Shown here: positions 48,184 through 56,462 of the stretch, one piece after another
Layout: each line of letters begins with the position of its first letter
Position numbering within the stretch: position 1 is the first letter of the stretch
Source: a virus
Lineage: Duplodnaviria > Caudoviricetes
Strand: one strand, 5' to 3'
Length of the DNA stretch: 58,941 nt
IMG/VR virus record: IMGVR_UViG_3300025276_000037
Location: 1-58,941 of that record
Program-made: the position numbers and the translations under genes
Notes under the pieces: model-generated
Databases searched by the model: none
The model's input: only the letters and a program-made list of their open reading frames with translations
Told to the model about the DNA's origin: nothing

Positions 48184-48185
48184 GG

Positions 48186-48752
48186 TTAGCGCATCTTACA
48201 CTTACGAACGCCTTGCTTAGCAATGCCCGCACCGCGAACCTTACCACCAGACTTGTACGTCTTAGCCATACCGCCGTCCATCATTTTCTTCTTAGCTTTA
48301 GGTACTTTACCGCCTTTCTTCATAGCGGGAGCGCCAGCAGGAGCAGGAGCACCACCCATAGGGGCACCACCGCCACCAGCCATAGCCTTCTTCTTCATCA
48401 TTTCTTCCATCATTTTCTTTTTCTTCTGCTCTTCCGTCATAGGCATAGCAGGGGCACCACCACCCATAGCAGGGGCAGCACCAGCGCCGGGCATAGCCAT
48501 TCCGCCAGCCATATATTTTTTAGTTTTCACTTTACCACCTTTTTTATAGTCAGATTTTTTCATGCCTACCATCTTTCCTGTCTTAGGATCAGTACCCATG
48601 TCTAAATCTTGTTTACGTTTAGTTTCCGCAGAGCCAGCTTTTTTGCTGAACTTAGGGTTAGGAAGGCCCGGATTACTTGTCGTGCCAAATTCTTTTAGTT
48701 TCTTTGCGTAGTCTTTCGAGTCTTTTTTACCCTTACCACTTACTTCTGGCAT
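48186..48752 (-). CDS. Lys/Met/Gly-rich low-complexity protein with five GG motifs
   Basis: AGGAG RBS; ends RGAGIAKQGVRKCKMR. Confidence 0.75.
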   Translation of the reverse strand: MPEVSGKGKKDSKDYAKKLKEFGTTSNPGLPNPKFSKKAGSAETKRKQDLDMGTDPKTGKMVGMKKSDYKKGGKVKTKKYMAGGMAMPGAGAAPAMGGGAPAMPMTEEQKKKKMMEEMMKKKAMAGGGGAPMGGAPAPAGAPAMKKGGKVPKAKKKMMDGGMAKTYKSGGKVRGAGIAKQGVRKCKMR

Positions 48753-48761
48753 GTTAATCTC

Positions 48762-49070
48762 CTAACATTTCCAACGTTTGCGCGCTTGGCGAAGCCTTGA
48801 ATTGGGGTCTTTCGCTGCCTTCGGAAACTGTTTCATTTGTCCGGCAGAACGCGCACAGTACGACTTTCGACGTGATGCGCGCTTGCCAGTTGGTTTGTCT
48901 TCAGTTACTGCTGTCTTTAATTTACTACCGGGATTATCTTTACGATACTTAGCTACACCTTTGGCGGTCATGCCAGCACCAGATTTGGTAGGGCGTTTCT
49001 GCCCGCCGCCTATGGTGTGGCCCTTCATAGAGCCTTTGACCTTACCGCCTTTTTTGTAGTAAGCGCGCAT
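48762..49070 (-). CDS. Small basic protein (DUF6321-like)
   Basis: GMTAKG...YR..NPGSKLK...RRKSYCARS...PNSR...ARKRWKC. Confidence 0.75.
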   Translation of the reverse strand: MRAYYKKGGKVKGSMKGHTIGGGQKRPTKSGAGMTAKGVAKYRKDNPGSKLKTAVTEDKPTGKRASRRKSYCARSAGQMKQFPKAAKDPNSRLRQARKRWKC

Positions 49071-49558
49071 TAGAACCTCTTAATACATTCTATAGTCAGC
49101 ATAATTGCGTCCCCTGCGGCTCCCATACCAAGCATATTAATCTCTAAGTCTCCGTCATAACCGGTAGCTCTAGGGTTTTTTAGCCCGCTAACTGGCGTAA
49201 AATCCAAAGTACTTTGGACTGAGGAATCATAACCAGTGCCTATGAATGTTATAGGTAGCGGGGTGTTGGAATGCCAGTCTAAAGAACCGCTAAACTGGCC
49301 CGTAGCGATAGCGGAAGCCGAGTTTTTTATAGACATTATAATTAAGTCTGTAAGTGGAGCGCCATTACTGTTTGCAAAGCCATCGGCTGCTAAAGCTACG
49401 CCGTCTTGTGTGTAATCAGAAGCGTCATCTAGGTCAATGATAGTAACTACAGTAGCGTCGTCCCCACCACTAGCGTAAACACCAGTAAAGTGGACAGTTA
49501 ACTTACGGTCAGTATTCTCGACTATTGTTTTGCCTTGGGTTAGCGTTACGCCAGCCAT
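49070..49558 (-). CDS. Hypothetical structural protein
   Basis: 162 aa, beta-rich; GGGAG RBS; post-capsid position. Confidence 0.65.
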   Translation of the reverse strand: MAGVTLTQGKTIVENTDRKLTVHFTGVYASGGDDATVVTIIDLDDASDYTQDGVALAADGFANSNGAPLTDLIIMSIKNSASAIATGQFSGSLDWHSNTPLPITFIGTGYDSSVQSTLDFTPVSGLKNPRATGYDGDLEINMLGMGAAGDAIMLTIECIKRF

Positions 49559-49577
49559 AATCTATACTCCCGAGTTA

Positions 49578-50120
49578 TTAAGCGAATAAAAACGCGCCAG
49601 TTGTGCCCGCACCTAAGTGTTGTAAGTCCATAGTCACAGTCCATTTGCCTTCTGCGTAGCAGACAAAGTAGATGTAAGAACCAATACTCATTAGGTTAGT
49701 CGCAGCGCCTGCTGGAGTAAATTTAAGTGTGGTATCGGCAGCAACAGAAGTATCAAAAGTAACCGCGTTAGTTGCGCGACTTTCTACTACTTGGCCTACT
49801 TCAAACGTGTCAGTGCCATCGCAATCAAAACGCAAGAACGCTGTACCGCCAGTAGTGTCTACGCTTTGTACGTGTGTGCAAATAGTGCCCACAGTAGCTA
49901 AAGGAAGAGTAGTTATTTGTTGTGCGCCACCTGTAAAGTTATTGACGTTAACGCCAGCTTCGTAGTTGTTAGTCGCGCCTTTAGCTACCGCAGCAACTGC
50001 TTGGCCTGCTAAAGAAGGTTTGTTTGGTCGGATAGTGATAGCGCCAGTAGTGCTATCTTTTGTAATGCTTGTGAAACCGTTTTCTGAACGGACTGGGCCG
50101 CTAAAAGTTGTATTCGCCAT
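49578..50120 (-). CDS. Virion structural protein (MANTTFSGPVRS type)
   Basis: N-terminus typical of the gene that follows Mu-gpT-like capsid genes; CAGGAG RBS. Confidence 0.72.
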   Translation of the reverse strand: MANTTFSGPVRSENGFTSITKDSTTGAITIRPNKPSLAGQAVAAVAKGATNNYEAGVNVNNFTGGAQQITTLPLATVGTICTHVQSVDTTGGTAFLRFDCDGTDTFEVGQVVESRATNAVTFDTSVAADTTLKFTPAGAATNLMSIGSYIYFVCYAEGKWTVTMDLQHLGAGTTGAFLFA

Positions 50121-50123
50121 GAG

Positions 50124-50178
50124 AATCTCCTGTCGTGGCTAATGTCTACCTACGATATTGCGGGTAGTCAGGGATTAG
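50124..50178 (-). ncRNA. Candidate structured cis-element downstream of the capsid gene (Mu-gpT-DE-like)
   Basis: AATCCCTG pairs with CAGGAGATT; inner stem CTACC/GGTAG; three GAC triplets at the junctions. Family assignment rests on position and memory, not a covariance search. Confidence 0.55.
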
Positions 50179-50195
50179 AATCTTTAATGTATACC

Positions 50196-50225
50196 AAAAA
50201 GAAAGGGAGCGCAAGGCTCCCTCTC
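50196..50225 (-). terminator. Rho-independent terminator after the major capsid gene
   Basis: Minus strand GAGAGGGAGC-CTTGC-GCTCCCTTTC then TTTTT. Confidence 0.85.
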
Positions 50226-50246
50226 AGTCTTACTTTACTTGGTCGA

Positions 50247-51149
50247 TTAAGCACCACAGCCAAAGATGGCTAATGGGTCAGAAACACCAAAAGAGTAACG
50301 CTCACGAGCTTTATAACGACTGTTACCAGTGTCAAAATCCGCGTCCATAGACGTAGACATTTTTGAACGAGTAAAGTGCTTTAAGCCATTAGGGATGTCA
50401 GTGGTTAGAAACCAGTTCCCTGTGTCAGTTAAGTAATGGTTAACTGCGTATCCGCCGGGAACCACACCGTTGCTAACGATAGCATTGATGTCGTTATCAG
50501 CAGTACCCACTCGACCCTCAGTCTCCAACAAACGAGTTGCAACGAATTGCAAGTCAGATGGGATAATGAGTTTCTTAGGACGTGCAGAGATTTTTAAGCC
50601 ACGCTCGTCAGTCCACTTACCAATCTGAATAACTGCATTCTCAAGTGAAGTTTCGTTAAGGTCAACGTCACCACCAGTGTTTGAGTTAGCACCACCACTT
50701 ACTAAGTTATGGGCATTGCCTACTAGAGACTCGCCATCACCATAAGTAACAGTAGATACAAACGCGTTATTCAAAATAGAAGCAGCTTTAACTTGCTTCG
50801 TGTACGCCATAGCGCGAGCTAATGCTTTAGTGTAACGACCCGATAAAGAATCGTACAGGTTATCTTCAATCGCTTCTTCAGTGATTGCGAAACCCATAGC
50901 AACAGTTTCGTGCGTGTAGCGTGCAGTGAATGCTTCTTGCGCTGTATCGTATTCGATAGCCGCGCCTTCAGTCTTAGTGCCTGCTGCGCCGAAGCCAGAC
51001 AATTTAGTTTCTTCCTCAAACGAACGGTCAGAAGTCTCTGTTTCAAAGATTTCTTTATGCTCTTCACCGTACTTGGCATACTCTAAACCAAATAAGGCGT
51101 TAAGGCCGGGTAATAGCTCCTTGAGGAGCTGGGATCTTGAAATAGCCAT
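50247..51149 (-). CDS. Major capsid protein (Mu gpT-like, HK97 fold)
   Basis: MAISRSQL.KEL.PGLNALFG, S.RSFEEE, ITEEAIEDNLY, P.KLIIP..L.F.A.RLL, YKARERYSFG.SDP. Confidence 0.9.
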   Translation of the reverse strand: MAISRSQLLKELLPGLNALFGLEYAKYGEEHKEIFETETSDRSFEEETKLSGFGAAGTKTEGAAIEYDTAQEAFTARYTHETVAMGFAITEEAIEDNLYDSLSGRYTKALARAMAYTKQVKAASILNNAFVSTVTYGDGESLVGNAHNLVSGGANSNTGGDVDLNETSLENAVIQIGKWTDERGLKISARPKKLIIPSDLQFVATRLLETEGRVGTADNDINAIVSNGVVPGGYAVNHYLTDTGNWFLTTDIPNGLKHFTRSKMSTSMDADFDTGNSRYKARERYSFGVSDPLAIFGCGA

Positions 51150-51167
51150 AATTTAAAACTCCGCTTA

Positions 51168-51815
51168 TTAAGCTAGACCTAGTGAATTGTTATATGAATG
51201 GACACCAACGTTGTACTTAACCAAAAACTCTGGGTAAGTGTCAGTTTCAGTTCCGGGGACAACACCAATAACTCTAAATGCAAGAGTTGCTGTAGCCGCA
51301 AGAGAACCACCGTTAGAGCCTACGGCCAAAGCCATGGCAGATTTACCAGTAGAAGTACTACCTGTGAAAGTAGAAACTGCACCGTTAGTGCCAACGCAAG
51401 CCGCTGCGCCGCCAGTAAGAGAGCCAATCGCTGCTGCACCTTGGATTTTAAACACAGAGTTCGGGTCGTCATTTACCAAAAGTTTAACTTCTTTAGCACC
51501 ACCACTAACGAGGTTTGCTGGAAGAAAGTTTTTGAATAAAAGTTGGCCTTCGGCACTGATGTAGCTACACCCTTGACAAACACCTACGATGCCCGCTGTA
51601 GGTTGTGAAGATGTTGCTGCAAGGTTTTGGGCTACTGGAGAAGCTGTAACACCGGCAGGTAAACCCGCTGTGCTTAAAGCTACTAGTTGGCCGTTAAAAA
51701 TAGCAGTGGCTACGTTTGCATTTACTGCAAACTCACGTAGCGTGCCGCCTTGGTATGGCCCGCCGCCGATCAAATTGACCGGAAGAAGCCCGTATGGAGA
51801 AGCTGTAGAAGCCAT
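51168..51815 (-). CDS. Capsid decoration / cement protein
   Basis: PYGL.P, IFNG.LV, GV..GC.Y, DDP...F.IQ; directly upstream of the capsid gene. Confidence 0.7.
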   Translation of the reverse strand: MASTASPYGLLPVNLIGGGPYQGGTLREFAVNANVATAIFNGQLVALSTAGLPAGVTASPVAQNLAATSSQPTAGIVGVCQGCSYISAEGQLLFKNFLPANLVSGGAKEVKLLVNDDPNSVFKIQGAAAIGSLTGGAAACVGTNGAVSTFTGSTSTGKSAMALAVGSNGGSLAATATLAFRVIGVVPGTETDTYPEFLVKYNVGVHSYNNSLGLA

Positions 51816-51850
51816 TTTAGAATTCCTCTAAAAAATTAAGTTAAGTCTGT

Positions 51851-52297
51851 TTAGCCTTTGCCAAACGAGACTGACGTTTTCCTATCATTAAAGATAGGCA
51901 TTCGTGGATCATTTTCACGCATCAAGTTGTTATCCACTGCATTCATCTGATTTTTAGTTTCCTGAGCATAGTATTCTCTACGCTGCTGTAACATCTCATC
52001 AGGCATCTTGCATAGCATTAGACCGCCAATAACAATGTTGTCTTTGAACTTATCGCTCTCAGTAACAACCATTGTGATCTCGGGGTGGTCTTCTGCGCGT
52101 ACGGGTACCCAACCTTCGCGTAATTTTGAGTTAATGTTACCGGCATCGGTAGCGCCTAACGTACTAATACGAACCCATTTGAACGCATACCCCGGTTCTG
52201 GAGTTGGTTCAGGTAAGATGCTTGGGGCTTCCCATTGTCTAGGTGCCGCAGTTTTCTCACGGGTTTCTTGGTCGCGTTTGATTCTATTATCAGCCAT
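51851..52297 (-). CDS. Conserved head-module protein
   Basis: W..PS.LP.P...PG...KWVR, LREGW.PV, IGGL.LCK.P; start at ATG 52297. Confidence 0.75.
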   Translation of the reverse strand: MADNRIKRDQETREKTAAPRQWEAPSILPEPTPEPGYAFKWVRISTLGATDAGNINSKLREGWVPVRAEDHPEITMVVTESDKFKDNIVIGGLMLCKMPDEMLQQRREYYAQETKNQMNAVDNNLMRENDPRMPIFNDRKTSVSFGKG

Positions 52298-52298
52298 G

Positions 52299-53297
52299 TT
52301 ACACATTCCTCATTGATTCTTTCGCAATTTGACTTGCGTATTGCTCTAGGGATAGACCTAAGCGGCCTGCGAGTTTTATTTGTGTTGCATTTAACCGCAC
52401 CTTTTTAGGCGCAGTACTCCGCGATGCGGACGCAACTACATTGGCTCGTTTTTTGGATTTCTTAGCATCCTCGAAGTTATCGGGGAAGAGTTGCCTGACG
52501 CGAGAGTTTATTCTCTCGTAGTACTTGTCGCTGGTAGGGTCGAGACCCTCTTTGACTAATTTAGTATGCAGCCCGAGTGCATAGCTGGTCATTTCGTCGT
52601 CGTTACCGAACCAAGCGTTGGCTTCCTGCCACTTCGCTGCACGTTCGTCAACCACGGTTGCGGGACTATTGTCTACAGAATTTACACTAGCTTCTGGGGA
52701 TTGTAAAGGCTCAGGCTTAAAGTTTTTTACTTTATCGGCCTTTATCTTTGCAGATGTTAACTTTTCCTGCGCTTCCATGACTTTTTCTGAGTCTCCCGAC
52801 TCATACGCGTCTTTATACATCCTTTTAGCTTGTAACACCTCAATGGCTGTGTTCCGCTTAGCCTGCTCTAGTAAAGCTCCTTGTTTTTTGTCGTTGTCCT
52901 CTCGCAGGGTTTGGTTTTCAGCGGCCATACGTTGTGCTACGGCTTGTAATTCCTTTCGCTCACGCTCGGACGTTTCTTTAGCCCGGCGTTCAGCGTGTAC
53001 TTTTTTCTGGATTTTATTAATCCGTTTTTGTACTTTGTTGCCATAGCTTTCAAGTTCTTCTTCCGTAATGTCATCGTCGCTTGATACTTCAATAGGGTCG
53101 TCTTCGACTTCCTCTACTTCAATTTCGTCGTCATCATCTTCGACTTCGACTTTGACTTCTGGCTCTTGCTCCTTTTTATAGTCGTCCTCGGTTTTCTTAC
53201 CACTAAGGTCAATTTCTACGGAACCCGAGTCTTCGATTTCTATTTCTTTATCCTCACCTTCGTGGGGGAATTCGTACTTAACTTCTTCAAATGGCAT
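52299..53297 (-). CDS. Capsid scaffolding protein
   Basis: Acidic N-terminus, long coiled coil, W...N.WFG, C-terminal VRL...Q..LA.RLG...EQYA; AAGGAG RBS before ATG 53297. Confidence 0.78.
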   Translation of the reverse strand: MPFEEVKYEFPHEGEDKEIEIEDSGSVEIDLSGKKTEDDYKKEQEPEVKVEVEDDDDEIEVEEVEDDPIEVSSDDDITEEELESYGNKVQKRINKIQKKVHAERRAKETSERERKELQAVAQRMAAENQTLREDNDKKQGALLEQAKRNTAIEVLQAKRMYKDAYESGDSEKVMEAQEKLTSAKIKADKVKNFKPEPLQSPEASVNSVDNSPATVVDERAAKWQEANAWFGNDDEMTSYALGLHTKLVKEGLDPTSDKYYERINSRVRQLFPDNFEDAKKSKKRANVVASASRSTAPKKVRLNATQIKLAGRLGLSLEQYASQIAKESMRNV

Positions 53298-53307
53298 GAT
53301 GTTCTCC

Positions 53308-53706
53308 TTACGCGTGCGTGATGCCACGAGGGTCGCCAATAACGGCCTCAATGGAATCATCGTTCATTAAACGGTACTCTTTACCAGATACAGTAAAGCG
53401 CGTTCCAGTGTTCATACGAAACATTACGTAGTCCCCGACTTTGCACCATGGTTCACCACCAAATCGGTCTTTGTCGGTATAGGCTTGTTCGCCCATATCT
53501 ATCACAATGCCCATAATAGACATGATGTACTCACGTTTAAGTACAGAGTCAGTCTTGATAAGACCACCTTCATACTCAGTTTCTACTTCAGGTAGTGCTA
53601 CCAGCACGCGGTAGCCTACAGGTTTAGGGAGTTGCGCCTCGAAAAGCGCTTCTTCCTGTTCTTTCCGTATGTGCGGAGGCACAGCGAGGATTGAATCAGT
53701 CATCAT
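53308..53706 (-). CDS. groES: GroES-like co-chaperonin
   Basis: PVGYRVLV, GGLI mobile loop, G.V...G, KVGD.V.F, G.EYRLMNDDSI.AVI. Confidence 0.85.
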   Translation of the reverse strand: MMTDSILAVPPHIRKEQEEALFEAQLPKPVGYRVLVALPEVETEYEGGLIKTDSVLKREYIMSIMGIVIDMGEQAYTDKDRFGGEPWCKVGDYVMFRMNTGTRFTVSGKEYRLMNDDSIEAVIGDPRGITHA

Positions 53707-53893
53707 CTTCTTCCAAATAGTTTTTAGCGAGGTCTTCGATATGGTTTAGACAGGCATCGTATCCTCGGGTTTTACCTGTTAGTTCCCTGTATTCAGCGAA
53801 GTCTTTAGCCCCGCCTCCACAGAGAAATTCTTGCAGAGAGGTTTTATCCTCTAAGATTTTGTCGCGCAGTACGTCAAATACTGTTTTAGCCAT
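53696..53893 (-). CDS. Conserved hypothetical protein between portal and GroES
   Basis: L..G.AKDF.EY....G...G; TAATG-coupled to the portal gene. Confidence 0.75.
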   Translation of the reverse strand: MAKTVFDVLRDKILEDKTSLQEFLCGGGAKDFAEYRELTGKTRGYDACLNHIEDLAKNYLEEDDD

Positions 53894-56451
53894 TACTTGT
53901 TACCTTTTGGTTTGTTAAAGAACCTGTCCATAGTTTCTCTACGTTTAATATCTGCGGCTTGTTCTTGTTTGTCCGCTCGCTCGTTGGTAGCTTTCATCAC
54001 ATCTAGGTCTACCTTGGTAGTGTCGCGGCGACGGTCTGCGGACATCTTAGCTCCCGCTTTACGCTCGTCTAACTCCAACTCAGCTTGTTCTATCTGCATC
54101 TTCATCTCAGCTAACTTGGCGTCTAACGTTAGTTTCTGCTGTGCGAGTTGTGCGTCAGTCTGATCTTTCATAGCCTTACGCTGAGCTTCCGCTTGCGCTG
54201 CTTGGGCGTCTGTCTGATCTTTCTGCATCTTACGCTGGCCATCTTGCTGTTTGATCTGCATCTCTTGCTGCTGTAGCTGGAACACAGGGTCTTTGGCTTG
54301 CTCTTGCGATTTCTTCTGTGCTTGCTCTTGCTTATTAGCTGCTGTTACCTGTCTTCCTGCCTCAGATACTAAGCGAGCCAAGTTGACTTCAATGTCTTCT
54401 GGCAACTCAGAATCAGGTGCGGGTAATGGAACACCAAGTTTTTCTTCAATCTTCTCTCTATATAAGAAGGCTGTGTGTTCAGCGATATGGGCTTGGATAG
54501 AAGCCGTAATCTGCTTAGCTTGCGGGTTTTGCCCTATAGCTGCGGCAATGAAGGGGTCTTCAAGGAACGCTTGGTGTGCTGCGATGTGTGCTTTATGGTC
54601 TTGGTAGATAAACGCCTTAGCAGGGGTTCCGACCAACATAGCCATGTTTTCACTAACTGGGTCTTTCGGTGTGGCTTTGTCCGAAGACGGTACTAGCTTT
54701 TCAGCGTTCTTTACGCCTAACACATCTATCATCTGACGATGTAGTTCCGGTAGGTCGTATATCTGTGGCGCTTGCGTAGACATCTGGAGGACTGTCTGAT
54801 ACTGAACAACACGTTGTGCCATGGTTGTGTTGTTAGGATCACTTACAGGTATAACCTCAGTCATCTCGTAGTCCGAGCGTTTAGCTGATACTTCCCCACG
54901 GTGCGGCTGGTATTCATACTCGGCGGGTGCGTGTTCCGCCATAAGCTCTTTAATCAGCTTAAACTCTTGCTTCATGGAGTAATGCACACGCGCTTGCACC
55001 GCAGCCATAGGCTTGAGCGTACGCTCTAGGATTGCAAGAGTCGTGCCAACTGGGGCATTAGCGGACATATCTGAGATGTCCATATCTGCGATAGCGCCTA
55101 GACGGCGACCTTCAGTCGTAATCTTGTCCAGTAACGCAAGCAATGTTTGGCTTGGTTCTTTGTACGGTAGCGGCATGATGTTGTCGCGAATCGCACCAGA
55201 CGGCACATCGACATCCTTCCACTCCCCCGGCTCAATCGGCGTATCATCGCCTTTGATACGTAACCCACGGGATTTTAAACCACCCGGCAAATTAGCCAAC
55301 GTACCAGCGTCAACCAACTGACGGATAAGTGACGTACCTGCGCGTGCGTAGCCGCCAATGATATGGATTAGACCCATACCGTAGAAACCAAAGCCCGGAA
55401 CGTAGTTGTAGTGTACGAAGTGGTTACGCTTAGTATATAAGTCGTCTTCCGCTTCCTCGTCCCAGTTGCGGCGTATAGCTAGTACTTTGCCTGTACCCTG
55501 CTCTATGGTAACTACGTACGGTTTAGCAATCTCGTCTTTATCGTCGTCTAACTCTTCTATAAACAAGTCAGCGTGTACTTCAAACAAAGCGAAGCGGTTG
55601 TCGTCATTGACTGAGTAACCACCTTCTTCTGCCTTACGCTCTTCAATGTCTGTATGGAACGCTTCTGGCTCACCTAACTCGATGTCCGCGTAGAAGCCTA
55701 TAGACTGTAGCTTTTTAACTTCGTTAACGGTCTTACGCATGATATGGGTCACACGCTCAGCAGTTTCTATAGTAGAAGCACCATAAGGTACGATAACGTC
55801 TTCTGCTGGGATGTAGTTCGCGCATACGCGACCCATGTTCGGTTCGTAGTAAACCTTCTTAAAAGCAGAGCCTGATAGACCTAAAGAGTATAAGAGGCGC
55901 TCGTGCTCTGGACGATACTCAACCATGTTCTCGGTAAGTTCGTAGTTCATGTCAGCGCGCACGCGTTCTGCGGCCTCCATCTTGTCGTCGTCTTCTTTAC
56001 CTAGCACTTTAGTTTTCACAGGGCCAGCGGCAGGAAACGTCTCAGACATAGCTTCTGCTTGGAACCGAATAGCTGCTTCAGCGAGTACCGTAGAGTACAC
56101 CCCACAGGCGTTTTCCCATGGCTCTGTACGTTCTTCGTACTTAAAGCCCAGCACATCAAGCCCATCAATATAGGTATCTGCCCACTCTTTACGGCCTTGG
56201 ATGTCTGACTCGACTAGCTCCATAAGATCGCTGGACAACTGAGTTAACTCGTTCTCGTCTAACTCTTCCGCTAGGTTATCGTCGAACTCATTTTCTCCAC
56301 GCTCGTTTTCTGGCATAAGTGTGATTTCAACACTGCCATCGCTTAGCGTGACTTGCTCAGGATCGATAATCTCAATCTCAAGTGCCTCTATGTCTTCTGC
56401 TGCTTCTTCTATACCTTGTGGTGCCTGATATAAACCTTTTTCAATTGCCAT
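53893..56451 (-). CDS. Portal protein
   Basis: 852 aa after TerL; PW..ACGV, FQAEA..E.FP..GPVK, GSAFKK.YY, PGFGFYG.GL, RQL.DAGTL.NLP; long Q-rich helical C-terminus. Confidence 0.9.
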   Translation of the reverse strand: MAIEKGLYQAPQGIEEAAEDIEALEIEIIDPEQVTLSDGSVEITLMPENERGENEFDDNLAEELDENELTQLSSDLMELVESDIQGRKEWADTYIDGLDVLGFKYEERTEPWENACGVYSTVLAEAAIRFQAEAMSETFPAAGPVKTKVLGKEDDDKMEAAERVRADMNYELTENMVEYRPEHERLLYSLGLSGSAFKKVYYEPNMGRVCANYIPAEDVIVPYGASTIETAERVTHIMRKTVNEVKKLQSIGFYADIELGEPEAFHTDIEERKAEEGGYSVNDDNRFALFEVHADLFIEELDDDKDEIAKPYVVTIEQGTGKVLAIRRNWDEEAEDDLYTKRNHFVHYNYVPGFGFYGMGLIHIIGGYARAGTSLIRQLVDAGTLANLPGGLKSRGLRIKGDDTPIEPGEWKDVDVPSGAIRDNIMPLPYKEPSQTLLALLDKITTEGRRLGAIADMDISDMSANAPVGTTLAILERTLKPMAAVQARVHYSMKQEFKLIKELMAEHAPAEYEYQPHRGEVSAKRSDYEMTEVIPVSDPNNTTMAQRVVQYQTVLQMSTQAPQIYDLPELHRQMIDVLGVKNAEKLVPSSDKATPKDPVSENMAMLVGTPAKAFIYQDHKAHIAAHQAFLEDPFIAAAIGQNPQAKQITASIQAHIAEHTAFLYREKIEEKLGVPLPAPDSELPEDIEVNLARLVSEAGRQVTAANKQEQAQKKSQEQAKDPVFQLQQQEMQIKQQDGQRKMQKDQTDAQAAQAEAQRKAMKDQTDAQLAQQKLTLDAKLAEMKMQIEQAELELDERKAGAKMSADRRRDTTKVDLDVMKATNERADKQEQAADIKRRETMDRFFNKPKGNK

Positions 56452-56462
56452 TATTTTTACCC

